Assembly (NCBI GenBank): GCA_965228425.1
Contig: OZ245815.1
Location: 2,149,857 to 2,213,856, forward strand
From: Alphaproteobacteria bacterium
Lineage (GTDB): Bacteria > Pseudomonadota > Alphaproteobacteria > UBA8366
Reading direction: 5' to 3'
DNA length: 64,000 nucleotides
Every line of letters starts with the position of its first letter. The stretch's first letter is position 1. The notes under the pieces were generated by a model that had not been told where the DNA came from, did not search any database, and saw nothing but the letters and a program-made list of their open reading frames with translations. Below are positions 1 to 10,780 of this stretch, in pieces. Both the position numbers and the translations under genes were made by a program.

Positions 1-297
1 CCACGCCAGATCGATCGCATTCAATTCTATATGGGCGATGGCATGCAGCAGCGCGATACGCCCGGCCAGCGCCGTGTTGATGCGTCGCCGCGGAACCGAC
101 GCCGGCGGGAGCAACGTCGGACGCTCTGGGCGGGCGGGCCGCGCGGGTGGTCTCTTGCTGCCGGTTGCGGCGAGGATCCCCGATCGCCATGCGGCCGCGG
201 TTTCATGGCTGAGACGCGCCTTTTCGGCCGGATCGGGCGTTAGAAGGATCGCACAGGCTGCGTCGGTCAGCGCGGGGCCGTTGCCGGAGCCGGTCAA
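1..297 (-). CDS. Ferritin-like DUF455 family protein (N-terminal part; runs off the window start)
   Basis: Manual translation of the minus strand (absent from the ORF track) gives ...PARPARPERPTLLPP...RIALLHAIAHIELNAIDLAW, the DUF455 signature. The TTG start at 297 overlaps the upstream gene's TGA. Confidence 0.8.
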   Translation of the reverse strand, partial: MTGSGNGPALTDAACAILLTPDPAEKARLSHETAAAWRSGILAATGSKRPPARPARPERPTLLPPASVPRRRINTALAGRIALLHAIAHIELNAIDLAW

Positions 298-1133
298 TTT
301 TCGAGGAGCCATTGCACGCGCTGTTCGCCGATGTCGCAGGGCGGCGCCTCACGCGGCGGTGTCGGGCCGGCCGCCAGGACGATCCGTTCCCGCGGTGTGA
401 TCGGGCGCGCGTCGGCGATTTCCAGGATCAGCTTCTTCCGGATCGCGCGCGCGAAATCGGCAAAAGTATTGGCCACGACCATGAAAGAGCCCGGTCCCCC
501 GATCACACAGTTAGCGTAGTACAGGTCCAGATTGGGCAATGCCGGCCACCCGAAGGGGCTGGCGCGTTCGTTGACGATGGGCAGGCCGTTTATCGCCACG
601 CCCTGGGCGACGGCCCGGTCGCGAAACTTGGTGACGAGGCCCCCTTGGTTGTTCGGTCCGTCGCCGGAAATGTCGATCACGCGCCGCGTCCCCTCGAAGC
701 CGTTCGCGGGAAAGGTCGACAGGGCATGATCGATGATGTTGCTGATCGACGTCCAAAGCGCGGTTTGAATCGGAGCGCGTGCGACCCGTGCGGCGAATGC
801 GCGGGCGCCGGCTTCGTCCGAGACCATGGTCCAATCCGCGACCGTCGTCGTGTACTCCTCGCCGGCCCATTCGATATACGTCATCGCGACGCGCCCGAGA
901 ATGCCGCTGGTAATCGCTTCGATGACATCGGGGTCGGTGAGGGCGGCGACATAACCGTCGCGCTGGAGGCGCGCTTCCTCCGGATCGATGCTGCCGGAAA
1001 CGTCGACGGCCAGCACCAGTTCGAGGTCGACCGGCTGCTGTGATTTCTGGGCGACGGCGGTGGTGGTCCAGAAGCCGGGCATGCAGATGGTCAAAACGAG
1101 GACCGTTCGGAAGAGGGTGGGGATTGCCTTCAT
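294..1133 (-). CDS. DUF1194 domain (vWA-like) exported protein
   Basis: Signal-peptide-like N-terminus; DLELVLAVDVSGSID and RRVIDISGDGPNN motifs. Confidence 0.85.
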   Translation of the reverse strand: MKAIPTLFRTVLVLTICMPGFWTTTAVAQKSQQPVDLELVLAVDVSGSIDPEEARLQRDGYVAALTDPDVIEAITSGILGRVAMTYIEWAGEEYTTTVADWTMVSDEAGARAFAARVARAPIQTALWTSISNIIDHALSTFPANGFEGTRRVIDISGDGPNNQGGLVTKFRDRAVAQGVAINGLPIVNERASPFGWPALPNLDLYYANCVIGGPGSFMVVANTFADFARAIRKKLILEIADARPITPRERIVLAAGPTPPREAPPCDIGEQRVQWLLEN

Positions 1134-1144
1134 GCGGGCGCCGG

Positions 1145-1420
1145 TCAGGCCTGATCTTTCTCGTCGAAATACCCTTCGACGAGACCGTAGATGGCTTCGG
1201 CGTCTTCTTCGGTCGAAAAGACGAGGTTGCTGCTTTCGCCGTAGATATTGAGCAGGTAGCCCCGTTCCGCGCAGACCGTTTCCAAGGCCGCGATGAAAGG
1301 CGAGATAAGCTTATCGTTGAGATCCTCTGCGGTTTCGTGCGCCGCCATCTGCGCGAGGAATTCTTCCTGCAGCTTTTCCGGTTTTGCGCCGGTGCGGCGT
1401 TTGGGGCTGCGTCGGGCCAT
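1145..1420 (-). CDS. Small hypothetical protein (91 aa)
   Basis: ATG at 1420 overlaps the bcp stop codon. Basic N-terminus, acidic C-terminus, fills the gap between two operon genes. Confidence 0.6.
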   Translation of the reverse strand: MARRSPKRRTGAKPEKLQEEFLAQMAAHETAEDLNDKLISPFIAALETVCAERGYLLNIYGESSNLVFSTEEDAEAIYGLVEGYFDEKDQA

Positions 1421-1884
1421 CAGAGTTCCTTCACGGCGTCGAGCACCGCATCGACATGTCCCGGTACCCGCACCTTGCGCCACGCTTGACGGATAACGCC
1501 GTCACCATCGACGAGGAATGTCGATCGTTCGATGCCCATATAGGTGCGGCCATACATACGCTTCTCCTTCCATACATCGAAGGCTTCGCAGACGGCACCG
1601 TCTTCGTCCGAGGCCAAGCGGAAGTTGAGGTCGTATTTTGCAGTGAACTTGTCGTGCTTCGCCACGGTGTCTTTCGATACGCCGATCACGTCTACGTTAA
1701 GTTTGGAGAAATCCGGTAGCGCGTCCCGAAAGCCGCACGCTTCTTTCGTGCAGCCGGGCGTATCGTCCTTGGGATAGAAATACAGCACGAATGGATTTCC
1801 GGTGAGCGTCTGTAGGGAGACCTCGCCGCCTCCGCTGGTGGGCATGGAAAAATCCGGCGCCTTTTCGCCGACGTCTGCGCTCAT
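1420..1884 (-). CDS. bcp: Thioredoxin-dependent peroxiredoxin Bcp
   Basis: YFYPKDDTPGCTKEAC motif and RSTFLVD. Confidence 0.93.
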   Translation of the reverse strand: MSADVGEKAPDFSMPTSGGGEVSLQTLTGNPFVLYFYPKDDTPGCTKEACGFRDALPDFSKLNVDVIGVSKDTVAKHDKFTAKYDLNFRLASDEDGAVCEAFDVWKEKRMYGRTYMGIERSTFLVDGDGVIRQAWRKVRVPGHVDAVLDAVKEL

Positions 1885-1932
1885 GGGTTGGGTGCCTCCT
1901 CGGTATTCGAATGTTCTCGCTTGTATGATGAT

Positions 1933-4932
1933 CTAGCGGCGCGGATCTGCAAGTCCACGGGAATATGCCGGATCGGATTGCCGCTCGGCCGCTTCGGCCG
2001 ACGGTTGCTCGATCAGCGCCTCGAAATGCCGGCGGACATTGGTTGCGGTGTCTTCCATCGTTGCGACGAGGGCGTCGAAATCTTCGACGCCGACCGCACG
2101 GACGAGGGCACGACGCGGACCGTCGGCACGGTCCTCGTCGTCGAGATTGTCGGTTGTGGTTAGCCTCAATACCGTCTGCACCCGGTGCCAAAGCCGCAAG
2201 GCATTGCCGACATCGGTCGCGAACTCGCCGTCGATCAGTTTCGCCGCGGTCAGATTGTCGATTGCCGTTACCGCGTTGCTGGACAGGACCTCCGGATGGT
2301 CCGAGGCGTGCAGGAGCTGCAGATATTGAACCATGAACTCGGCATCCACGAGACCGCCGCGCCGATGTTTGATGTCCCAGCGTGATTGGCCGCGATGCTC
2401 CTTCGCCATGCGTTCGCGCATCTTGGCGACGTCGATAACGAGTTGATCCGGGTCTCGCGGTTTCGTCAGTATCGAATGGATTTCTTCCTCCAGCTTGTGG
2501 ATCAGGTCCGGGCTGCCCGCAAAGGCACGGGCGCGGGTCAATGCCATGAATTCCCAGGTCCAGGCGGATTCGGTGTAATAGCGGCTGAAGGACTCGAATC
2601 GGCTGGCCGCCGGACCCTTGCTGCCGGATGGGCGCAGGCGCGTATCCACCTCATACAACCGGCCCTCACCGGTGAGCGCCTCGATTGCGCCGACGATCCG
2701 TTGGCTGAGCCGCATGTAATACACGCTTGTCGCAAGCGGTTTCTCGCCGTCCGACTCTTCGACGTCTTCCGGCACGTCGTAGACGAAGACCAAATCCACG
2801 TCGGACTCGGGCATGAGTTCGCGGCCGCCGAGTTTGCCGAACGCGATCGCCGCCATGCCGCTGCCCGGCACCACCCCATGATTGCCGCCCGGACCCGAAA
2901 ACTCCTCCTCCACGGCGGGCCATAGGTCCGCGATAACCGTCTCGGCGATGGCGGTATAGGTCGGCCCGGCGGCGTGCCCGTCGGCGACACCTTGGAGCAC
3001 TTGGACGCCGGTTTGGAATTTTCGGTCGTTGGTCCACCGGCGGGTGACATCCAGAACGTCCTGAAAATCGTGGGCCTCTGCGAGAGCGGTCTTGAGCTCT
3101 CGATGCAGGACGTCCTGTTCCGCCACCTGGTCGAAGAAATCGTGCGACAGAACATGATCGAGAAGGCGCGGATTCCGACTGAGCCATTCGGACAGCTTGG
3201 GCGCGTCGCCCATGATTTCCGCCACGAGGTCGAGCAGACTGGGATTGGCATAGAATAACGAGAAGAGTTGGACACCCGAGGGCAGCCCGCTTAAAAATGC
3301 GTCGAGCCGCACGATGGCGGCGTTCGGGTCCGAGCGCTTGGCGAGGGCTTCGAGCAGCCGCGGCATCAGTTCGGTCAACAGTTCACGGGAGCGGACGCTG
3401 CGGGTCGCGCGATAGCGGCCGGTATGCCACCGACGGATCATCGTCGACACGGATGCGCCGTCGCCGAATCCCATGTCTTCGAGTGTCTTGATCGTGTCCG
3501 GATGGTTCTCGTTGCCCGTGAAGACCAGCGTGCCTGATCCGCCGAGGTCCGGTTCTTCCTCGAAGAGTTCCGCATAGTGCGTCTCGACGAGCGATAGACG
3601 GCGAACCAGGTCGTCGCGAAACGCCGCGGCATCCGGATAGCCGGCGAAGACCGCGATGTCCCCGATCTGCTCGTCGGTCTTCGGCAGGCTATGCGTTTGA
3701 TGATCGTCGACCATTTGCAGGCGATGTTCGAGCCGGCGGAGGTAGCAATAGGCTTCCTGCATTTCCTGCGCGGTCGACGGTTCGATCCGGCCATGGTCGG
3801 CCAACGCGTCGAGCGTCTCGCAGACGTCACTGGTACGCAGTGTCGGGGACCGTCCGCCCCAGATGAGCTGTTGGGTCTGGGCGAAGAACTCGATCTCGCG
3901 AATGCCGCCGCGACCCAGCTTCACGTTGTGGCCGTTGACGGCGATCGTGCCGCCGCCGCGATAGGCGGTGATCTGCCGTTTGATCGAATGGATATCCTGG
4001 ATCGCCGCGAAATCGAGATGTTTGCGCCAGATGAAGGGGCTTAAGTGCTGCAGGAACGCATTACCGGCCTCAATGTCGCCGGCGCAGGCGCGCGCCCGGA
4101 TCATGGCGGCCCGTTCCCAGTTTTGCCCGACGCTCTCATAATAGGCTTCGGCGGCGGGGATCGGAATGGCCAGCGGCGTTGCGCCCGGGTCGGGCCGCAG
4201 CCGTAAATCGGTCCGAAAGACATAGCCGTCCGCCGTGCGCTCGTCCATCACCCGCATCAACAGCCGGGCCAGGCGAACCATTTCCTGAGGCAGTTCGTCC
4301 CGGTCGGAACAGTCTAGCTTGCCCGGGTCGTAGAGGATCATGATGTCGATATCGCTGGAGTAGTTCAGTTCCCGTGCGCCAAGTTTGCCGAGCGCCAGGA
4401 TCACCACGCCGGAGTCGGCCTCGGGCGTATCCCCCGGCGGCAGCGAAAACACACCGTTCGTCGATAATTGGCGCAGCAGTCCCCGGACCGTGAGGTTCAG
4501 CGATACATCCGCGAGATCGCTTAGGGCGCGGGTGACCTGGCCGACGGGCCAGATTTCCGCGATGTCGGCGAGGGCGATCAGAAGGGCTGCCCGGTTTTTT
4601 GCCCGTCGCAGGACCGGCATCATCTTCTCGGCGGACGCTACCTCCGCCAAATCGGTCTGTAGCTGCGTGATGATTTCTTCGAAAACCTGGTCTGGCCCCC
4701 GTTCGAGGGCTTGCACGGCGATGTCCGGGTTTCGGACCAGCAATTGAGCCAGGTAGGGACTGTTCCCGAAAATCGCCTCCAGGATCGCCTTGCCGCCTCG
4801 ATCTTCCACAACGGCAAGCATTTCCGCGCCAAAATCCGAAGAATCGGCGGTTTCCCGCCATCGCTCCAATCCCAGTGCCGTGCGCTCGGTATTGGCGGGT
4901 TTCGGGAGTTTTTCGACCTGTATCGGGATCAT
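1933..4932 (-). CDS. glnE: Bifunctional glutamine synthetase adenylyltransferase/adenylyl-removing enzyme
   Basis: Two nucleotidyltransferase modules (GKLGARELNYSSDIDI; GKLGGRELMPESDVDL), RTDLRLRPDP and KLGRGGIREIEF. Confidence 0.96.
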   Translation of the reverse strand: MIPIQVEKLPKPANTERTALGLERWRETADSSDFGAEMLAVVEDRGGKAILEAIFGNSPYLAQLLVRNPDIAVQALERGPDQVFEEIITQLQTDLAEVASAEKMMPVLRRAKNRAALLIALADIAEIWPVGQVTRALSDLADVSLNLTVRGLLRQLSTNGVFSLPPGDTPEADSGVVILALGKLGARELNYSSDIDIMILYDPGKLDCSDRDELPQEMVRLARLLMRVMDERTADGYVFRTDLRLRPDPGATPLAIPIPAAEAYYESVGQNWERAAMIRARACAGDIEAGNAFLQHLSPFIWRKHLDFAAIQDIHSIKRQITAYRGGGTIAVNGHNVKLGRGGIREIEFFAQTQQLIWGGRSPTLRTSDVCETLDALADHGRIEPSTAQEMQEAYCYLRRLEHRLQMVDDHQTHSLPKTDEQIGDIAVFAGYPDAAAFRDDLVRRLSLVETHYAELFEEEPDLGGSGTLVFTGNENHPDTIKTLEDMGFGDGASVSTMIRRWHTGRYRATRSVRSRELLTELMPRLLEALAKRSDPNAAIVRLDAFLSGLPSGVQLFSLFYANPSLLDLVAEIMGDAPKLSEWLSRNPRLLDHVLSHDFFDQVAEQDVLHRELKTALAEAHDFQDVLDVTRRWTNDRKFQTGVQVLQGVADGHAAGPTYTAIAETVIADLWPAVEEEFSGPGGNHGVVPGSGMAAIAFGKLGGRELMPESDVDLVFVYDVPEDVEESDGEKPLATSVYYMRLSQRIVGAIEALTGEGRLYEVDTRLRPSGSKGPAASRFESFSRYYTESAWTWEFMALTRARAFAGSPDLIHKLEEEIHSILTKPRDPDQLVIDVAKMRERMAKEHRGQSRWDIKHRRGGLVDAEFMVQYLQLLHASDHPEVLSSNAVTAIDNLTAAKLIDGEFATDVGNALRLWHRVQTVLRLTTTDNLDDEDRADGPRRALVRAVGVEDFDALVATMEDTATNVRRHFEALIEQPSAEAAERQSDPAYSRGLADPRR

Positions 4933-5021
4933 TTGCGGTTCTGATACTCTTCGGAAATCCTGGGAAATCTGGTCAAAATCACTATATTAGGTCAATCGTG
5001 TAAGCGGAGCCCGGGGGACCC

Positions 5022-8000
5022 TTGCGCAGTATATGCATACGTGTGGCACAGGTCGCTGTCACCGTCATTTTGGGCGTTACTATTCTCGTCAGTCTCGGGT
5101 TGTGGCGTCTGTCCCAGGGACCGGTTTCGCTCAACTTTCTTGCCCCGGCATTGGAACGCAGTTTCGCGGTGAGGGATACGTCCTTCGCGGTCGAGGTCGA
5201 TGATACGTCGCTGGTCTGGGGCGGGTGGAAGCGGGTGATCGACATCCGCAGCCGAAACGTGCGGGTCTTCGCGGCCGACGGAAATCTGGTTGCCTTGCTG
5301 CCGGATGTCTCGATCGGTCTTTCCTTTTCCGGTCTCATGCGCGGCGACCTCGCCGTGTCGCGGCTGGATGTGTTCGGCCTACGCGCCGTGTTGGAGCGGT
5401 TCCCGGACGGCCGGTTCGGTTTTCAGATGCCGACCGATGCTGACGGGACGAAGAAGCGCGAAGGCGCGCTGGCCGATGCCGCAGAGGACTTTCTGCGGCC
5501 GATGCGCGAACGAACCGGACCGTTTCGATATCTGCAACGGTTCTCGGTCCTCGAAGGCCGGTTCCAGTTCATCGACCGGATGACCGGCCAGATTTGGGCG
5601 ATCCCGAAAGCGGAAATCATTACGGAATTTTTGCCCGATGCAATCGAGACACGGCTGGCGTTGGGCGTCGACGCGGACGGCCAAAGAATGCGGCTGCTGG
5701 CCACCATCCTGCATGATCGCCGCAGCCGCAGAATAGGAGGGCGGGTCGATTTCGACCGGTTGGAGCCATCGGTCATCGCACGCGCATTCCCATACCTGAA
5801 TCAACTCGCGGACATTCGCGCGGCGTTCTCCGGCAACGTCAACTTCGAGATCGCGCATGATTGGCAGCTTCTCGGCTTGCGTCTGCAATTGCTCAGCGAT
5901 TTCGGCCAGGCCACATTCGCGATGGCGTATCCGTCCGGCAGCGAGCTGGTTCAGGTCAGTGCGCGGTTGAACGCCATTCGGCTGGCGAGCCTGGCACGCG
6001 CGACGCCGGCGCTGTCGCCGCTAGCCGGGCTGGATATTCCGGTGAGCGGCGTGCTCGAAGGCGTCGCGGATCCAACCGGCCTCTTTCAGCTTACAGACGT
6101 CGATCTGACCAGCGGCGCCGGCCAAGTGGACTTGCCGGGCGTATTTTCGGAAACCATGAAGATCGTGGGCGCGCGCTTGTCGGCGGATATCGATGGCGCC
6201 ACGTCCACGGCGAAAGTTCGGGAGTTTTCCATCGACTTTGGCGGAACCAAGGTGTCCACGGCCGGGCGCATTCGGCGCGACGAGACAGGCTATGAGATGG
6301 CCGTCGATGGCTCGGTCGCGGCACTGCCGCTGCGTGACCTCGGAAAGTATTGGCCTCCGGGCGTCGGCGTCAGTGCGCGGCAATGGGTCACCAGTAACAT
6401 CGTCGACGGGACGGTAACCGACGGTACGGTGTCGCTGGCCCTCAAGATGCCGGTCGAGAATGACAAGACAACGGTTTCAGTCGAGTCCATCGACGGCACG
6501 CTGCAATATCAAGGTTTGTCGATTAAATACTGGGAGCCGCTTCCCAAGGTCGCCGATGTCGGCGGGACCGCGACGTTCGATGCGCAAGGGTTCAAGTTCG
6601 CCGTGAGCAGCGGCCGATTGAAGGATCTCGCGCTGGAGAAGGCGGCAGTCGATATTACCGGGCTCAATGCCGAGGATCAGGCGATTATGATCGATGCGGC
6701 GCTCCGCGGTTCCGCGCGGTCGCTGGCGGAAATTCTGGATCGCAAGCCGCTCGGCTATGTCTCGGAGATTGGCATAAGCCCGGCGGCGATATCGGGCGAA
6801 GCGGTGGTTCGGACCAAATTCGAGTTTCCGTTGATCACCGACCTCGATGCCAAGGACATTACGATTACCGCGTCGGCCGGGTTGGGCAAATTGGCGGTGT
6901 CGCCGGCTCCGTTCGGCTTGACGCCCCGCGATGGGGACATTCGATTGAAAGTGAACAACGCGGGACTCAGTGCGACCGGCACGATGCGGCTTTTCGCGAG
7001 TCCAGCGACCATCGATTGGCGTGAGGACTTCAGGAAAGACGCGAAGGTTAAGACCAATCTCGTGGTCTCCGGCCGGCTTCCGGATTTATCGCGGCCGGGA
7101 TTCGGCGTGCCGCCAACCGATATGATCAAGGGCCCCTCCGATGTAAACGTGGTCGTTACCGCGCGGTCGGATGGCAGCACGGAAATTCTCGCTGGATTCG
7201 AGCTGGCCGATGCCGCGGTGGATCTGAAGGAGGTCGGCTGGACCAAACCGATCGGGGTTCCGGGTACGGCGAATGTCGTTGTTTCACTGGACGAGAAAGG
7301 CGTTCGCGCCGTCGATAAATTCAGCGTCGAGGCCGGGACGACGAAGTTGCTGGGTTCGGCCAAGCCGCGCGCCAGAGATCGCGCCGCATGGCGGGTCGAT
7401 ATCGAACAGTTCAAGAATGCCGGCAGCGATCTGTCAGGTCGCATCGACATTGGCGCAAGCGGGGAGATCGCTGCAACGGTGTCGGGAGGCCGCTTCGATG
7501 TGGGGCCGATACTGGATGCCGAAGATCAAAAGAACGAACAGCCGCCCAATTCTGAAGAGCCGGGTCTCCGGCTGAATGCGCGTTTCGACGAGTTGCGATG
7601 GGGGCCGGACCGGAAACTGCGGCAGGCGAATTTACTGTTGCATCGCCAGAAAGGCGCCGTGCGGGGATTGGTCCTGGACGGTCGGTTGGGCAAGCAGGGG
7701 AAGCTCGATGTCAAATTCCTGCCCGGCCCCGATGGCCAAATCCTCCGGATAGTCGCGGACGACTTCGGTGAGATTCTGTCGATGTCGCCGACGAAAGGTC
7801 GCGTGTCGGGCGGCACTTTGCTGATCCGGGGCATCCGGCGATCGCCGGACGCGCCGATCGAAGGAGACTTCATCGCGTCCAAATTCACGCTTTCGAAGGC
7901 GCCGACGCTTGCCAAGGTTCTGCAGGTTGCCTCCCTGACGGGCATCGGCGCGGCCATGTCGAAAAAAGGGTTGGACTTCGACGCGTTCGAGGGCCGGTAC

Positions 8001-8348
8001 GTCTATAAGGGCGACCGGGTGACGTTCTCCAAAGCCAGTGCGCACGGTTCGTCGATCGGGGTCACCGTCAACGGGATATTGGATTTGGATGCCGATACGG
8101 CGAATTTGGGCGGCACGCTGGTGCCCGCGTATTCGTTCAACCGGGCCATCGGGAAAATTCCGGTGATTGGATCCTTGCTGACCGGCGGTGAAAACGAGGG
8201 CGTGTTCGCCGCCACCTATCGGGTGGCTGGACCGCTCGAAAACCCCAAAATTTCGGTCAATCCGCTCTCGGCGCTGGCACCGGGTTTCCTGCGCAACCTG
8301 TTCGGGCTGGGTGCGGGTAAGCCCCAGGGCGAGACGCCCGCCAACTAG
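5022..8348 (+). CDS. AsmA-like/YhdP (DUF3971) family lipid-transport protein
   Basis: 1108 aa with an N-terminal membrane anchor, a beta-rich body and the C-terminal GTLVPAYSFN..IPVIG..L.GG..EGVFAATY...VNPLSALAPGFLR motif. Divergent from glnE. Confidence 0.85.
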   Translation: MRSICIRVAQVAVTVILGVTILVSLGLWRLSQGPVSLNFLAPALERSFAVRDTSFAVEVDDTSLVWGGWKRVIDIRSRNVRVFAADGNLVALLPDVSIGLSFSGLMRGDLAVSRLDVFGLRAVLERFPDGRFGFQMPTDADGTKKREGALADAAEDFLRPMRERTGPFRYLQRFSVLEGRFQFIDRMTGQIWAIPKAEIITEFLPDAIETRLALGVDADGQRMRLLATILHDRRSRRIGGRVDFDRLEPSVIARAFPYLNQLADIRAAFSGNVNFEIAHDWQLLGLRLQLLSDFGQATFAMAYPSGSELVQVSARLNAIRLASLARATPALSPLAGLDIPVSGVLEGVADPTGLFQLTDVDLTSGAGQVDLPGVFSETMKIVGARLSADIDGATSTAKVREFSIDFGGTKVSTAGRIRRDETGYEMAVDGSVAALPLRDLGKYWPPGVGVSARQWVTSNIVDGTVTDGTVSLALKMPVENDKTTVSVESIDGTLQYQGLSIKYWEPLPKVADVGGTATFDAQGFKFAVSSGRLKDLALEKAAVDITGLNAEDQAIMIDAALRGSARSLAEILDRKPLGYVSEIGISPAAISGEAVVRTKFEFPLITDLDAKDITITASAGLGKLAVSPAPFGLTPRDGDIRLKVNNAGLSATGTMRLFASPATIDWREDFRKDAKVKTNLVVSGRLPDLSRPGFGVPPTDMIKGPSDVNVVVTARSDGSTEILAGFELADAAVDLKEVGWTKPIGVPGTANVVVSLDEKGVRAVDKFSVEAGTTKLLGSAKPRARDRAAWRVDIEQFKNAGSDLSGRIDIGASGEIAATVSGGRFDVGPILDAEDQKNEQPPNSEEPGLRLNARFDELRWGPDRKLRQANLLLHRQKGAVRGLVLDGRLGKQGKLDVKFLPGPDGQILRIVADDFGEILSMSPTKGRVSGGTLLIRGIRRSPDAPIEGDFIASKFTLSKAPTLAKVLQVASLTGIGAAMSKKGLDFDAFEGRYVYKGDRVTFSKASAHGSSIGVTVNGILDLDADTANLGGTLVPAYSFNRAIGKIPVIGSLLTGGENEGVFAATYRVAGPLENPKISVNPLSALAPGFLRNLFGLGAGKPQGETPAN

Positions 8349-8351
8349 TCG

Positions 8352-9605
8352 CTAGCTTGGGCGCACCAGCGCGTGGCGCTTCCTACCGGCGGATAGCTTG
8401 ATGACGCCCTGGTCGTTCATGTCGGCGAGGGATACGGTCCGGCCTTCGTCGTCGATCTTCTCATCGTTGATGCGGGCGCCGCCGCCGCGGATAAGGCGCC
8501 GGGCCTCGCCGTTACTTTGGTTCAAGCCGGCGCGCGCCATCAGCACGAAGGCCGGGATGCCGTCTTCCAGTTCGCCTTTGGGGACGTCGATGCTGGGCAG
8601 GTCGGATCCGAAATCGCCGTCGACGAATGTCTTTCGCGCCGTCTCCGCCGCCGCGGTTGCCGCGTCGTCGCCACGGCACAATCGGGTCGCCTCGTTCGCG
8701 AGCGTGATCTTGGCGTCGTTGATCTCCGCACCTTCCAACGCTTCCAGGCGCTCGATCTCTTCGACCGGCAATTCGGTGAACAGGCGCAGGAAGCGGCCGA
8801 CGTCGGCGTCTTCCGTATTGCGCCAGTATTGCCAATAATCGTAGGCCGGCAGACGATCCTCGTTCAGCCAGACCGCACCGCTCGCGGTCTTGCCCATCTT
8901 GGCGCCGCTGGCCGTCGTCATCAGCGGCGTGGTCAGACCGTACAGCTCCATCTGTGCGGAGCGGCGGCCGAGTTCGACGCCGTTCACGATGTTGCCCCAC
9001 TGGTCGGAGCCGCCCATCTGGAGGCGGCATTTGTAGCGATGGCCCAATTCGACGAAATCGTAGGCCTGCAGCACCATGTAGTTGAATTCCAGGAAGCTCA
9101 ACGGCTGTTCGCGCTCCAGCCGAAGCTTGACGGAGTCGAAGGACAACATCCGGTTGACCGAGAAGTGACGGCCGTATTCGCGCAAAAAGTCGATATAGGC
9201 CAACTCGTCCAGCCATTCGGCGTTGTTGACCATGATGGCGTCGGTCGGGCCGTCGCCGAAGGTCAGGAATTTCTCGAAGACGCCTTTGATGCCGTCGATA
9301 TTGCGGTTGATGTCCGCCTCGGTCAGCAATTGCCGCTGTTCGTCCTTGCCCGAGGGGTCGCCGATTTTCGTGGTACCGCCGCCCATCAATACGATTGGCT
9401 TGTGACCCGTCTGCTGCAGGAGGCGAAGCAGCATGATCGGAACCAGGCTGCCGACGTGGAGCGAGTCCGCCGTCGCGTCGAAGCCGATATAGGCCGCGAC
9501 CGGACCCTCGGCGCAGAGCTTGTCGAGGGCTTCCGAATCGGTGCATTGATGCAGGAATCCCCGCTCGCCGACGGCGTTAAGGAAATCCGAACGAAGCGCG
9601 GTCAT
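8352..9605 (-). CDS. tyrS: Tyrosine--tRNA ligase
   Basis: HVGS (HIGH-like), [16 protein letters not shown] (KMSKS-like) and a C-terminal S4 domain. Start placed at MTALRSDF. Confidence 0.97.
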   Translation of the reverse strand: MTALRSDFLNAVGERGFLHQCTDSEALDKLCAEGPVAAYIGFDATADSLHVGSLVPIMLLRLLQQTGHKPIVLMGGGTTKIGDPSGKDEQRQLLTEADINRNIDGIKGVFEKFLTFGDGPTDAIMVNNAEWLDELAYIDFLREYGRHFSVNRMLSFDSVKLRLEREQPLSFLEFNYMVLQAYDFVELGHRYKCRLQMGGSDQWGNIVNGVELGRRSAQMELYGLTTPLMTTASGAKMGKTASGAVWLNEDRLPAYDYWQYWRNTEDADVGRFLRLFTELPVEEIERLEALEGAEINDAKITLANEATRLCRGDDAATAAAETARKTFVDGDFGSDLPSIDVPKGELEDGIPAFVLMARAGLNQSNGEARRLIRGGGARINDEKIDDEGRTVSLADMNDQGVIKLSAGRKRHALVRPS

Positions 9606-9664
9606 GGTTCTGTCTTGCCTTGCGAAAAGGGCGGATCGTTTAACACAATCGGTACCGGCGAACA

Positions 9665-10780
9665 ATGACATCCACCGGCGCGTCAGCATTCGATAAACCC
9701 ATCCTCGCCTTAGGCCTGATGAGCGGCACCTCCCTGGACGGGATCGACGCCGCCTTGCTCGAGACCGATGGCGAAGCCGTGGCGATGCCGGTCGGCGCCC
9801 TGACCGTACCCTATGACGCTGGGTTGCGGGATCGATTGCGCGCGTGCCTCGGCCGGGAGGGCCGCGATCCCGAGACGGATGCGGTCGAACGGGATATGAC
9901 GCTGGCCCATGCCGATGTGGTCGCGGCCCTGTTGCGGGCCAGTGGCCATTCGGCGGCGGACGTGCATGTTGTCGGCTTTCACGGTCATACCTTGTCGCAT
10001 CGGCCCGAGCGCCGGTGGACGTGGCAATTAGGCGACGCGGCGCTTTTGGCGGCGCGGACGGGGATCGATGTCGTGGGCGACATTCGAATGGCGGACGTTG
10101 AGGCGGGCGGGCAGGGTGCGCCGCTGGCGCCCGCCTTTCACGCTGCCATAACAGCGCCCATGGAGAAGCCGGTCGCCGTGCTGAATTTGGGCGGTGTCGG
10201 AAATGTCACCTGGGTCGGGGCGGGCGCCGGGAATGACCGGATGCTCGTCGCGTTCGATACCGGACCGGGCAATGCCCTGATCGACGATTGGATGCGGCGT
10301 ATGACCGGCAAAGCGGTTGATGTGGACGGGCGGGCGGCCGCGGCCGGGACCGTCGACCAAGCTGCCCTGGAACGATTGTTGGCGCATCGGTATTTCGGCG
10401 CGCCGCCGCCGAAATCGCTCGACCGCGATGAGTTTGATTTGCAGGCGATCGAGGGGCTGACGGTCGAAGACGGGGCTGCGACGCTGACCGCCTTTACCAC
10501 ATCTGCGGTGGCGCAAGCGGCCGGCCTCCTGCCGGAACCGCCGGTCCGGTGGCTCGTCACCGGCGGCGGGCGGCACAACCCGACCATGATGGACATGCTG
10601 TCCGTTGCGCTGCGTGTCCCGGTCCTACCGGTCGAAGACGCCGGCTGGGATGGCGATGCGTTGGAAGCGCAGGCCTTCGCCTATCTCGCCGTCCGGTCGC
10701 TGCGGAACCTGCCGCTAAGCTGGCCGGAAACGACGGGCGTGCCGCAGCCGCAGACCGGCGGCCGGTTGTTCGCCGCCTAG
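9665..10780 (+). CDS. anmK: Anhydro-N-acetylmuramic acid kinase
   Basis: [34 protein letters not shown] and EAQAFAYLA motifs. Confidence 0.95.
   Translation: MTSTGASAFDKPILALGLMSGTSLDGIDAALLETDGEAVAMPVGALTVPYDAGLRDRLRACLGREGRDPETDAVERDMTLAHADVVAALLRASGHSAADVHVVGFHGHTLSHRPERRWTWQLGDAALLAARTGIDVVGDIRMADVEAGGQGAPLAPAFHAAITAPMEKPVAVLNLGGVGNVTWVGAGAGNDRMLVAFDTGPGNALIDDWMRRMTGKAVDVDGRAAAAGTVDQAALERLLAHRYFGAPPPKSLDRDEFDLQAIEGLTVEDGAATLTAFTTSAVAQAAGLLPEPPVRWLVTGGGRHNPTMMDMLSVALRVPVLPVEDAGWDGDALEAQAFAYLAVRSLRNLPLSWPETTGVPQPQTGGRLFAA

Noticed and set aside
8512-9668. Long alternative ORFs over tyrS (344 aa and 383 aa), and similar shadows over iscS, mnmA, the FAD oxidoreductase, mscS, dctP, the amidohydrolase and the lyase
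   Set aside because: These are antisense or off-frame shadows expected in high-GC coding DNA. They are motif-free and fully overlap well-supported genes.
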